Below, in pieces: positions 34,603 to 42,534 of a stretch of 49,806 nt of DNA. The position numbers and the translations under genes were made by a program. The stretch's first letter is position 1; every line of letters begins with the position of its first letter. This stretch comes from Fimbriiglobus sp. (GTDB taxonomy: Bacteria > Planctomycetota > Planctomycetia > Gemmatales > Gemmataceae): positions 1-49,806 of the forward strand of contig DASSAT010000395.1 in NCBI GenBank assembly GCA_035699305.1, in the 5' to 3' direction. The notes below the pieces were generated by a model. That model saw nothing but the letters and a program-made list of their open reading frames with translations, had not been told where the DNA came from and made no database searches.

Positions 34603-34616
34603 TGGCGGACACCGGC
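34603..34616 (+). promoter_or_regulatory. Motif copy M18
   Basis: TGGCGGACACCGGC, only 18 nt upstream of ECF sigma ATG 34635. Preceded by a degenerate copy TCACGGACGACGGC (34587-34600). Confidence 0.6.
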
Positions 34617-34634
34617 ACGGCGGGCGGGGGTCAC

Positions 34635-35222
34635 ATGGGGCATACCAGCGAGTTGAACGACCTGCTCGGGCGGCTGCGGCGGGGCGACCCGGAGGCCCGC
34701 AGCCGGGTCGTCGAGCACGCCTGCGAGCGGGTGCGGAAGCTGGCGAGGAAGATGCTCCGGGCCTACCCGTCCGTCCGCCGGTGGTCGGAGACCGACGACG
34801 TGCTCCAGAACGCCCTGCTGCGGCTGCACCGGGCGCTGGCCGAGGTCCGGCCGGAGTCGGTCCGGCAGTTCTACGGGCTGGCGGCGACCCAGATCCGGCG
34901 GGAGCTACTGGATCTGGCGAAGCACTTCCACGGCACTCAGGGGCACGGGGCGCACCACCACTCGGACGGCGGGCGGCGGGCCGAGCGGCAGACCGACGAC
35001 CCGCTCGAACCCGAGACGCTGGAAGCGTGGACCCGGTTCCACGAGCAGGTGGACCGCCTGCCCGACGAGGAGCGGGAGGTCGTCCAACTCCTCTGGTACG
35101 AGGGCCTCCGCCAGCCCGAGGCGGCTGTGGTTTTGGGCGTCTCGCTGGCGACGTTGAAGCGGCGGTGGCAGGCGGCACGGCTGCGGCTGAGCGAGTTGCT
35201 CGAAGACTGGAGCGTGGAGTGA
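34635..35222 (+). CDS. ECF-type RNA polymerase sigma factor (kinase-linked type)
   Basis: Start trimmed to MGHTSELNDLLGRLRRGD. Region 2 DDVLQNALLRLH, region 4 LRQPEAAVVLGVSLATLKRRWQAARLRL. The stop overlaps the kinase ATG (TGATG). Confidence 0.85.
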   Translation: MGHTSELNDLLGRLRRGDPEARSRVVEHACERVRKLARKMLRAYPSVRRWSETDDVLQNALLRLHRALAEVRPESVRQFYGLAATQIRRELLDLAKHFHGTQGHGAHHHSDGGRRAERQTDDPLEPETLEAWTRFHEQVDRLPDEEREVVQLLWYEGLRQPEAAVVLGVSLATLKRRWQAARLRLSELLEDWSVE

Positions 35223-36973
35223 TGACCACCAGCGACGACACCCTGACCGACCTGCTCGCCCGGTGGGAGGAGCGGTGGGAGCACGGCGAGGACACCCCCG
35301 CCGCCGACCTCTGCGCCGACCGCCCCGAGTTGGCCGAGGCACTCCAGCGGAAGATCGACCGGCTCAAGCGGATGGCGTGGATGGTCGGCAGCGGCCCGGA
35401 CGACGAGGAGGCCGGCGGCTCGGCGGACCCACTCGTCGGGACCACCCTCGCCGGCCGCTACAAGATCGAAGGTTTTGTCGCCGAGGGCGGGTTCGGCCGG
35501 GTGTACCGGGCCACCGACCTCGAACTGCACCGCCCGGTGGCCGTCAAGGTCGCCCGCCGTGGCAAGGAGGGGAGCGGCCGAACCGGCTTGCTGGACGAGG
35601 CCCGCCGGGCGGCGGGCCTGCGGCACCCCGGCATCGTCCCCGTCTACGATGTCGGGGCGGACGGGGACGTGCCGTTCGTCGTCTCGGAACTGATCGACGG
35701 CCCGGATCTGGCGACCCTCATCGGGACGAACCGCCCGACCGCCGAGGACGCCGCCCGGATCGTCGCCGGGGTGGCCGACGCCCTCCAGTTCGCCCACGGC
35801 GAGGGGTTCGTCCACCGGGACATCAAGCCGGCCAACGTCCTGCTCGACCGGCAGGGGCGTCCGTTCCTGACCGACTTCGGACTCGCCGCCAGCTTCGAGC
35901 AGGTGCTCCGGCGGGACGGGGTGCGGAGCGGGACGCTCGCCTACATGTCCCCCGAGCAAGTGGCGGGGGAAACTCAGTTGATAGGCCCCCGCTCCGACAT
36001 TTACTCCCTCGGTGTCGTCCTATACGAGCTTCTGACCGGACGACTCCCGTATCAGGCCCGGACGCCGGGTGCCTTGCGGGAGCAGATCCTCTTCCGCCCA
36101 CCCGTGCCGGTGCGGGTGGTGAACCCATCCGTGTCCGCCGAACTGGAGGCCGTCTGCCTGCGGTGCCTGTCGAAGCTGCCGGCCGACCGGTTCCCGTCCG
36201 CCGCCGAACTGGCCTCGGCGCTGCGAGCCGCCCCGCCCCGGAGCCGGCTGCGGCTGTCCCGCCGGTGGGCGATCATCGCCCTCGTCGTCACGGCGATCTT
36301 CGTGGCCGGCATCCTGCTCGGGTCGATGCTCGCCTCGCACCGGCACTCGGAGCAGCCACCGTCAGGGCACGTCGTCCACGAAGAGGGCGTGTTCGTCTTC
36401 GACGGGGGGAGCCGGATCGTCACGCCGCTGGAGCGGTTCGCCCCAGTGACGCTGGAGGCGTGGGTGCGGGTGCCGGCGTACCCCGAGCACAGTTGCCAGT
36501 TCGTCGTGGGGAGCGACGTACCGACCAAGCACGGCATCGGGCTGGCGCTCTGCCGGGCGGTCCTCTCGGCCGAGTTCGTCGCCGGCATGTATCACTCGCC
36601 GGGGGTCGTCCCGCTCGACCGCTGGACCCACGTGGCGGGGGTGTTCGGCCGGACGGAGACGAGGTTGTACGTGGGCGGCAAGCTGGTCGGGACCGGCCCG
36701 GCCACGAGGTCCGAAGGCGGGACGGCGTTCGTGGTCGGGAACGTCGGCCGGGACAACCCCATCGACTACTTCCGGGGTCGGGTCCGCTCCGTCCGCATCT
36801 CCTCCGGCGAGCGGTACAGAGGTGACTTCGTGCCGGACGAGGCGTTCGTCAAGGACGCCGAGGGTGCCCCGGTGAGGGCGGTGCTGATCTACGACGGCGG
36901 CACCGTCGAGGGCGACCGGGTGATCGACCTGAGCGGGAACGGGAATCACGGGCTGTGGGAGCACAAACCCTAG
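35222..36973 (+). CDS. Ser/Thr protein kinase with TM segment and C-terminal LamG/ConA-like domain
   Basis: Start trimmed to MTTSDDTLTDLL. Kinase motifs GGFGRVYRA, VAVK, HRDIKPANVLL, DFGLA, YMSPE. TM WAIIALVVTAIFVAGILLGSML. The C-terminus has LEAWVRVP...WTHVAGVF...LYVGGKLV. Confidence 0.9.
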   Translation: MTTSDDTLTDLLARWEERWEHGEDTPAADLCADRPELAEALQRKIDRLKRMAWMVGSGPDDEEAGGSADPLVGTTLAGRYKIEGFVAEGGFGRVYRATDLELHRPVAVKVARRGKEGSGRTGLLDEARRAAGLRHPGIVPVYDVGADGDVPFVVSELIDGPDLATLIGTNRPTAEDAARIVAGVADALQFAHGEGFVHRDIKPANVLLDRQGRPFLTDFGLAASFEQVLRRDGVRSGTLAYMSPEQVAGETQLIGPRSDIYSLGVVLYELLTGRLPYQARTPGALREQILFRPPVPVRVVNPSVSAELEAVCLRCLSKLPADRFPSAAELASALRAAPPRSRLRLSRRWAIIALVVTAIFVAGILLGSMLASHRHSEQPPSGHVVHEEGVFVFDGGSRIVTPLERFAPVTLEAWVRVPAYPEHSCQFVVGSDVPTKHGIGLALCRAVLSAEFVAGMYHSPGVVPLDRWTHVAGVFGRTETRLYVGGKLVGTGPATRSEGGTAFVVGNVGRDNPIDYFRGRVRSVRISSGERYRGDFVPDEAFVKDAEGAPVRAVLIYDGGTVEGDRVIDLSGNGNHGLWEHKP

Positions 36974-37127
36974 CGTGGGCCGGAACCTACGGCACGGCAG
37001 CATCCAACCACTGATGCCACTAAACGGGCCACCAACCCGTGGCCGGGACGAAGCCGGGAATGCCGTTTGCGGGAGGTAAAGGGGTTGAGGTCGTGATTCG
37101 CCCGTCACCCGAAGGGGGAGAGCTTCG

Positions 37128-37466
37128 ATGGCCCACCAAGAGCACCGCTCGTGCATCGACGCCTGCGTCCGGTGTGCGCAGGAGTGCGAGCACTGCGCCG
37201 ACGCCTGCCTGAGCGAGCCGGACGTGAAGGCGATGGCCGAGTGCGTCCGGCTGGACCGGGACTGCGCCCAGATCTGCTGGACGGCGGCGGCGTTCATGAG
37301 CCGGGGGTCGCACTTCATGAACGAGGTCTGCCGGGTGTGCGCCGAGGTCTGCGACGCCTGCGCCGCCGAGTGTGAGAAGCACGAGGCGGACCACTGCAAG
37401 CGGTGCGCCGAGGCGTGCCGCCGGTGCGCCGACGAGTGCCGGCGGATGGCCGGGGCGGCGGTCTGA
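37128..37466 (+). CDS. Cys-rich four-helix-bundle copper-binding protein (DUF326 family)
   Basis: 112 aa with repeated CxxxC/CxxC spacing (CIDACVRCAQECEHCADAC ... CAEVCDACAAECEKH...CKRCAEACRRCADEC). Confidence 0.8.
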   Translation: MAHQEHRSCIDACVRCAQECEHCADACLSEPDVKAMAECVRLDRDCAQICWTAAAFMSRGSHFMNEVCRVCAEVCDACAAECEKHEADHCKRCAEACRRCADECRRMAGAAV

Positions 37467-37484
37467 CCGGCCTCCGACCCGACC

Positions 37485-37525
37485 GGGGCGGGGCACGGCG
37501 GGCGACACCCCGTCCGCCCCGCCCC
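37485..37525 (+). terminator. GC-rich imperfect hairpin between DUF326 and czcD
   Basis: GGGGCGGGGCACGG ... CCGTCCGCCCCGCCCC. No U-tract. Confidence 0.25.
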
Positions 37526-37609
37526 TCGTCATGCCCCCGCCCCCCTCGCAGCAGTCCGGTTTCTTCAGGTCCACGGCTCCCACTGGCACCTGCCGGCGCA
37601 GGCGTCCCC

Positions 37610-38512
37610 ATGCCCCACGGCCACGACCACGACCACCGCTCGGGGCACCGCACCGGTAGCCGCTTCCGGCTACTGCTGACCCTCCTCTTGGCCGGCGGGT
37701 ACATGGTGGCCGAGGTCGTCGGCGGGCTGCTGACGAACTCGCTGGCCCTGCTCGCCGACGCCGGGCACATGCTCTCGGACGTGGCGGCGCTGGGGCTGAG
37801 CCTGTTCGCCGTCCGGGTCGCCGAACGCCCGCCCACACCCAAGCGGACCTACGGGTACTACCGGGCCGAGATTCTGGCGGCGCTGGTAAACGGGGCCACC
37901 CTCGTCGCCGTGTCGATCTACATCTTCGACGAGGCGTACCGGCGGGTGTGGAACCCGCCGGAGGTGCAAGGTGGGCTGATGCTGGGGATCGCCGCCGGGG
38001 GTTTGGCGGTGAACCTGCTGGGGCTGTGGATACTCGGGCGGGACCGGCGGGAGAGCCTGAACGTGCGGGGGGCGTGGCTGCACGTCCTGACCGACGCCCT
38101 CGGGAGCGTCGGGGCGATCACCGCCGCCGGGCTGATCTGGGCGTTCGGGTGGTACTGGGCCGACCCCGTGACCTCGGCGCTGATCGGGCTCTTGGTGGTG
38201 TACTCGTCGTGGCGGCTCTTGGCCGAGTCGGTGTCGGTCCTGATGGAGAGCGCCCCGAGGGGGATCGACGTGGATGAGGTCCGGGACGTGATCCGGGCGG
38301 TGCCGGGGGTTCTGTCCGTCCACGACCTGCACGTGTGGTCGATCACGACCGGGATGCCCTCCCTGTCGGCGCACGTCGTCGCCGAGGACGGCCAGCCGCA
38401 GGCGGCGCTGCTCAAGCGGTTACAGTCTGCCCTGCACGACCGGTTCGGGATCGACCACGTGACCATCCAGATCGAGCCGCCGGGCTTCGACGAGCCGGCC
38501 GCCCACGCCTGA
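37610..38512 (+). CDS. czcD: Cation diffusion facilitator (CzcD/ZitB-type) metal efflux transporter
   Basis: Start trimmed to MPHGHDHDHRSGH. LLADAGHMLSDV, YGYYRAEILAALVNG, HVLTDALGSV, and a C-terminal cytoplasmic domain with HDLHVWSITTG. Confidence 0.9.
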   Translation: MPHGHDHDHRSGHRTGSRFRLLLTLLLAGGYMVAEVVGGLLTNSLALLADAGHMLSDVAALGLSLFAVRVAERPPTPKRTYGYYRAEILAALVNGATLVAVSIYIFDEAYRRVWNPPEVQGGLMLGIAAGGLAVNLLGLWILGRDRRESLNVRGAWLHVLTDALGSVGAITAAGLIWAFGWYWADPVTSALIGLLVVYSSWRLLAESVSVLMESAPRGIDVDEVRDVIRAVPGVLSVHDLHVWSITTGMPSLSAHVVAEDGQPQAALLKRLQSALHDRFGIDHVTIQIEPPGFDEPAAHA

Positions 38513-38539
38513 CGCCCGCCACCGCCTGACGCCCGCCAC
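38506..38539 (+). repeat. Perfect 17-nt tandem duplication CGCCTGACGCCCGCCAC x2
   Basis: Units at 38506-38522 and 38523-38539. The first contains the czcD stop codon. Confidence 0.85.
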
Positions 38540-38553
38540 CCCGCACCCGGCAC

Positions 38554-39396
38554 TCACGTCCCGCACATGCCGTGGCACTCGCCGGTGGTCATCGGGTCGA
38601 GGGCGTTCGGCTGGAGGGCGGTGAAGTCCAGCACCGCCAGCGGGACGCATGAGCGGTGGACGAAAAGTTCCTGCCGGAACCCCCGGTTGCAGACGCTGTT
38701 CTCGTCCCGGAGAGCGTTGTCGATCTCGACCGCTCGTGCCCATCCCTCGGGGTCAATGGCCTTCAGGTTCATCCAACTCTGGTTGGTGCGAAACGGGCAG
38801 AACACGCACGACGACTTCGGGACATCGTGAGGCAGTTTCCCTCGCAGGTACTCCACGCAGTCCTTCCGGCTCCAGCCCATGTCGATCAGGGGCCAGTGGG
38901 GGACGGTGTGCTTGATCCCCTCGAACCGCTTCTTCGCCCGCTCAGCCCTCGCCGCCTCATCAGTGCTGATGCCGAAATACTGGTGGACGGTCACGTCCTT
39001 CGGGATGCGCTGCCTCGGCTTCAGCCCGAGCAATTCCCGGCGGATGGTCCGGTTCACCACCTCGATCTTGTACTCGGCGGTGCATTGCCGGCGGACCATC
39101 CCGACCTTCCCCTCGGGGCTCTTCGTGAACGCCGGGATCGAGACGAACCGCTGGCCGGTCGAGTTCCGGCCGTGGATCAGGTCGTCACCGAGCTTGCCGG
39201 CGGACCGGACCCAGATCTCGGGGGTGCCGAGGGACCGGAGGTGATCGAGGTGGCGGTAGACGGCGGACGGCTCCTCGCCGGTGTCTGCGAACACGGCGAG
39301 GTCGAACCGCAGGTCGGCGTCGGGCTCACGGGCCAGCAGGAACAGGGTGGTGCTTTGGACCCCCGCACCGAGGTTAAGGACGTGGAACTCTTTCAC
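38554..39396 (-). CDS. PP-loop ATPase of the PAPS-reductase-like (phage-type) family
   Basis: 280 aa. N-terminal PP-loop-like VLNLGAGVQSTTL. CVFCPF and a C-terminal Cys cluster ECHGMCG. Confidence 0.75.
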   Translation of the reverse strand: MKEFHVLNLGAGVQSTTLFLLAREPDADLRFDLAVFADTGEEPSAVYRHLDHLRSLGTPEIWVRSAGKLGDDLIHGRNSTGQRFVSIPAFTKSPEGKVGMVRRQCTAEYKIEVVNRTIRRELLGLKPRQRIPKDVTVHQYFGISTDEAARAERAKKRFEGIKHTVPHWPLIDMGWSRKDCVEYLRGKLPHDVPKSSCVFCPFRTNQSWMNLKAIDPEGWARAVEIDNALRDENSVCNRGFRQELFVHRSCVPLAVLDFTALQPNALDPMTTGECHGMCGT

Positions 39397-39416
39397 GCCC
39401 TATGTAGGGGCGTGGA

Positions 39417-39887
39417 TCACAATTCCCAGCGGTACTTTGGCTCGTGGTATACGTCTTGGCTCTTGCGGGGGCGTTTCGGGTTCCCCCACTCGTGCGACTC
39501 CAGCGGGCCGGTCGGGATGGCCCCGACCGCCCGGAGGGAGGCCCCGCCCTCCGACTCCAGCGTGTAGGTGATGACCTTCTCGTAGCCCATCAGCCGGGCG
39601 ATCTTGGCGCAGCGGGCGTAGAGGAACGAGCAGGCGTTCGGGGTGCCGTCCGTGCAGACCCGGAGCACCTCCAGCGTCCGGCCGTCGTCGAGGCGGCGGG
39701 AGATGGGCCGGCCGGCGACGGCGACCCCGACCAGCGTGCCGTCGTCGTTGGCAGCGCCCACGGCGAACTTGCCGCCGACCGTGGGCAGGTTGTGCCGGTG
39801 ATGCCGGGCGACGAACTCGTTGGCTTCTCGGAGATGGAGGGGGACCGCACGCACACGGTATGTAGTCCCGTGACACCCGTTCTTCAC
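39417..39887 (-). CDS. XF1762-like GNAT-fold protein
   Basis: 156 aa. ANEFVARHHRHNLPTVGGKFAVGA...LVGVAVAGRPISRRLDDGRTLEVLRVCTDGTPNACSFLY...ITYTLESEGGASLRA. This pattern matches my memory of the XF1762 family, often next to PAPS-reductase-like genes in prophages. Confidence 0.6.
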   Translation of the reverse strand: MKNGCHGTTYRVRAVPLHLREANEFVARHHRHNLPTVGGKFAVGAANDDGTLVGVAVAGRPISRRLDDGRTLEVLRVCTDGTPNACSFLYARCAKIARLMGYEKVITYTLESEGGASLRAVGAIPTGPLESHEWGNPKRPRKSQDVYHEPKYRWEL

Positions 39888-39894
39888 TCCCGAG

Positions 39895-42534
39895 TTAGAG
39901 CCTCGGGTCCACCGGCTCGCTCTCCAATGCGAGGACGCCGAAGACGCACTCGTGGACCCGCCGCAGCGGCTCCCGGCGTGCGAACCGCTCCAGCCCCTCG
40001 ACCCCGAGGGCGAACTCCCCGAGGGCCAGCGACCGCTTGTGCCCCAGCCCCCGGCTCCGCAGCCGGGAGAGGTTCTCCTCGGCGGTGTAGTCCGGGCCGT
40101 AGATGATCCGCAGGTACTCCCGCCCCCGGCACTTCACGGCCGGCTGGGCGATCCCCCGCCGGCCCCGGAGGATGAAGTCGAGCGGTTTGACCACCATGCC
40201 CTCGCCGCCCCGTCCAGTGAGGGCCGTCCACCACTCCGTCCCCTCGGCTTGGCTGGCCGGGTCGGTCACGTCCACGACCTTGTACGAGGTGGCCAGAAGC
40301 AGGTCGGGGTCCGCCCGGCAGACCGACGCCAGCGTCTCCATGTGCCACGGGTGGCCCTTGTCCGTGTGGGCCTTCCCCTCCGAGGCCAGCAGGTGGAACG
40401 GGGCGAGCTTCAGGTCCGTCAGCGAGTTCACCGGCCAGCAGTAGTGCCGGTACGCCGCCACGAACTGCCGGAGGCCCTGCTCCTTCCGGGAGCAATCCCC
40501 CGCCACCCGTTCGAGCTTGGCCCTCTCCTCGCCGGCGAGCCGGGTCGAGGCGGCGGCGAGCGAGGCGACGGCCCGAGGGAGTGCGGCCGTCCCGGCGGCT
40601 CCCACCGCTGCGTACTGGGTCTTGAGAAGTTCCTGCGCCTTGGCCGACCACGGCATCAGTTCACAGTCCAGACACACCCATGTCGTCCCCAGCGCCGCCC
40701 ACACATCCGCCGCCGTCAGCGCCGCCCGCACCCGGTCGAGGAACCGGACCTCCAACGCCGGATCGGTGAAGAACCGCCGGCCGGTGCGGGTGTAGACGAT
40801 GCCGGTCTCGCCCTCGGTGACGCCGAACCGCTCCCACGCCGCAGCCTCGTCCCGGCAGGCGACGACCACCGCCCTCGACCCCATGTGCTTCTCCTCGCAG
40901 ATCACCTGCGGGGCACCTTGGGAGCGGTAGTAGGCGAACGCCTCAGCCGGGTGCTCCAAGAGGCCCGGCTCGGTGCTCGTCTCACAGGGGGACATCGTGG
41001 GCGGCAGGTAGATCAGCCACCTCGGGTCGGCGGCGAACCGGCTCATCACCTCCAGCGCCGCCGTGGCGTGCGCCTCCCGGATGGTGACGGCCCCCCGCAG
41101 CCGGGTGGTGACGATCCGCTTGCCGAGCACGTCCTCGGCGTCGAGCACCTCGTCGTGGGCCTGCTGGGCTGTGAGCTTGGGGGCCTGCTCGCCTTCAGGC
41201 AGGAAGGGCCGGGCGGCTTCGCAGTACGTCCTCGCCGCCGGGACCGAGACGAACTCCTTCTCCGGGTAGCGGAGGGCGGTGAGCTTGCCGCCGAAGACGC
41301 AGCCGGTGTCGATGTTCACCGTCCGGTTGAGCCACTCCGCTTCCGGGACGGGCGTGTGGCCGTAGACGACCATCGCCGATCCCCGGTATTCCGCCGCCCA
41401 GTTGTACCGGACCGGCAGGCCGAACTCGTCCGTTCCCCCGGTCGTCTCGCCGTACAGGGCGAAGTCCCGCACCTTGCCCGACCCCCGGCCCTGCATCTCG
41501 GCCTTCATCCCGGCGTGGGCCACCACCAGATTGCCGCCGTCGAGGACGTAGTGGCTGACCAGCCCGTCGAGGAATTCGGACAGTTCCCGGCGGAACGGCT
41601 CCCGCACGTCGTCCGGCAAGGCGTCGAACTCGGCGAGGGTGTTGGCCAGCCCGTGCGTAACCTGCACGTCCTTGCCCCGGAGCTTCTTGAGCAGCTTCAT
41701 GTCGTGGTTGCCGGGGACGCACAGTGCCGACCCGGACCGGACCATGTTCCGCACCAGCCGCACCGTGTCGAGCACCCGTGGCCCCCGGTCCACCAGATCG
41801 CCGACGAAGACGGCCTTGCGGCCCTCGGGGTGGGCGTAGGCCCGGTCCCCCCAGACGGAGGTTTCCCCTTCTAGCGATGTCGTCCCGTACCCGAGCAGTT
41901 GGAGCAGGGCCTCAAGCTCGTCGAAGCAACCGTGAATGTCGCCGATGATGTCGAACGGGCCGTGGTCGGCGGTCCGGTCGTTCCACAGCGGCACCCGCTC
42001 GACCACCGCCGCCTCGACCGCCTCCGGCGTCTCCAGCACGAACACGTGGCGAAAGCCCTCCCGCTGGAGGCCCTTGAGGGACCGCCGCAGTTGCGACCGC
42101 TGGTTGCGGACGACGTGGGGGCCGAACGAGCGGTCCGGGCGGGACCGGTTCCGCTCCTGACACACCACTTCGGGCAGGTTCAGGACGACGGCGACGGGGA
42201 GGCAGTGGTACTTGCGGGCCAAGGCGACCAGCGGGGCACGGGCCTCGGGCTGGACGTTGGTGGCGTCCACCACGGTCAGCCGCCCGAGGGCGAGCCGCTG
42301 GGCGGCGACGAAGTGCAGCAGGGCGAACGCCTCGCCCGTCACCGACTGGTCGTTCTCGTCGTCCGATACCATCGCCCGGCAGGCGTCCGACGACAGGATC
42401 TCGGTCGGCTTGAAGTGCCGGCGGGCGAACGTGCTCTTGCCCGACCCGCTCGGGCCGATCAGGACGACGAGGGAGAGGGTAGGAATCTTGATCTGTGACA
42501 TCTGCCGCCGAGCCGTGTGGGGCTGTCTCCTCAT
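39895..42534 (-). CDS. pnkp: Polynucleotide kinase-phosphatase/ligase Pnkp (RNA repair)
   Basis: P-loop kinase VVLIGPSGSGKSTF. Metallophosphatase GDIHGC, GDLVDRGP, GNHD. Ligase/adenylyltransferase lysine motif CEEKHMGSR. ATG 42534 overlaps the HEPN stop (ATGA). ATG 42501 (MSQIKIPTLSLVV) is an alternative start. Confidence 0.9.
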   Translation of the reverse strand: MRRQPHTARRQMSQIKIPTLSLVVLIGPSGSGKSTFARRHFKPTEILSSDACRAMVSDDENDQSVTGEAFALLHFVAAQRLALGRLTVVDATNVQPEARAPLVALARKYHCLPVAVVLNLPEVVCQERNRSRPDRSFGPHVVRNQRSQLRRSLKGLQREGFRHVFVLETPEAVEAAVVERVPLWNDRTADHGPFDIIGDIHGCFDELEALLQLLGYGTTSLEGETSVWGDRAYAHPEGRKAVFVGDLVDRGPRVLDTVRLVRNMVRSGSALCVPGNHDMKLLKKLRGKDVQVTHGLANTLAEFDALPDDVREPFRRELSEFLDGLVSHYVLDGGNLVVAHAGMKAEMQGRGSGKVRDFALYGETTGGTDEFGLPVRYNWAAEYRGSAMVVYGHTPVPEAEWLNRTVNIDTGCVFGGKLTALRYPEKEFVSVPAARTYCEAARPFLPEGEQAPKLTAQQAHDEVLDAEDVLGKRIVTTRLRGAVTIREAHATAALEVMSRFAADPRWLIYLPPTMSPCETSTEPGLLEHPAEAFAYYRSQGAPQVICEEKHMGSRAVVVACRDEAAAWERFGVTEGETGIVYTRTGRRFFTDPALEVRFLDRVRAALTAADVWAALGTTWVCLDCELMPWSAKAQELLKTQYAAVGAAGTAALPRAVASLAAASTRLAGEERAKLERVAGDCSRKEQGLRQFVAAYRHYCWPVNSLTDLKLAPFHLLASEGKAHTDKGHPWHMETLASVCRADPDLLLATSYKVVDVTDPASQAEGTEWWTALTGRGGEGMVVKPLDFILRGRRGIAQPAVKCRGREYLRIIYGPDYTAEENLSRLRSRGLGHKRSLALGEFALGVEGLERFARREPLRRVHECVFGVLALESEPVDPRL

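Larger units (their letters stand above)
19242..34616. mobile_element. Mobile-element-like accessory block defined by ArdC, RuvB-like, HTH and recombinase genes and by the TGRCGGACACCGGC motif; true ends not determined
   Basis: All motif copies I could find lie between 19281 and 34616. Content is typical of integrative elements or plasmids. No flanking att repeats identified. Confidence 0.4.

Noticed and set aside
19281-34616. Recurrent (A/T)DTG peptide in many listed ORFs (for example MTDTG, LADTG, SADTG) as a conserved protein motif
   Set aside because: It is simply the translation of GCG/ACG-GAC-ACC-GGC, the DNA motif, and mostly falls in spurious N-terminal extensions or shadow ORFs.
34937-35959. 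340-aa and 307-aa minus-strand ORFs over the ECF sigma and kinase genes
   Set aside because: These are shadow ORFs. The plus strand carries clear sigma region 2/4 and kinase subdomain motifs.
39952-41874. 640-aa plus-strand ORF
   Set aside because: It is antisense to pnkp and has biased composition, while pnkp on the minus strand has all three catalytic domain signatures.
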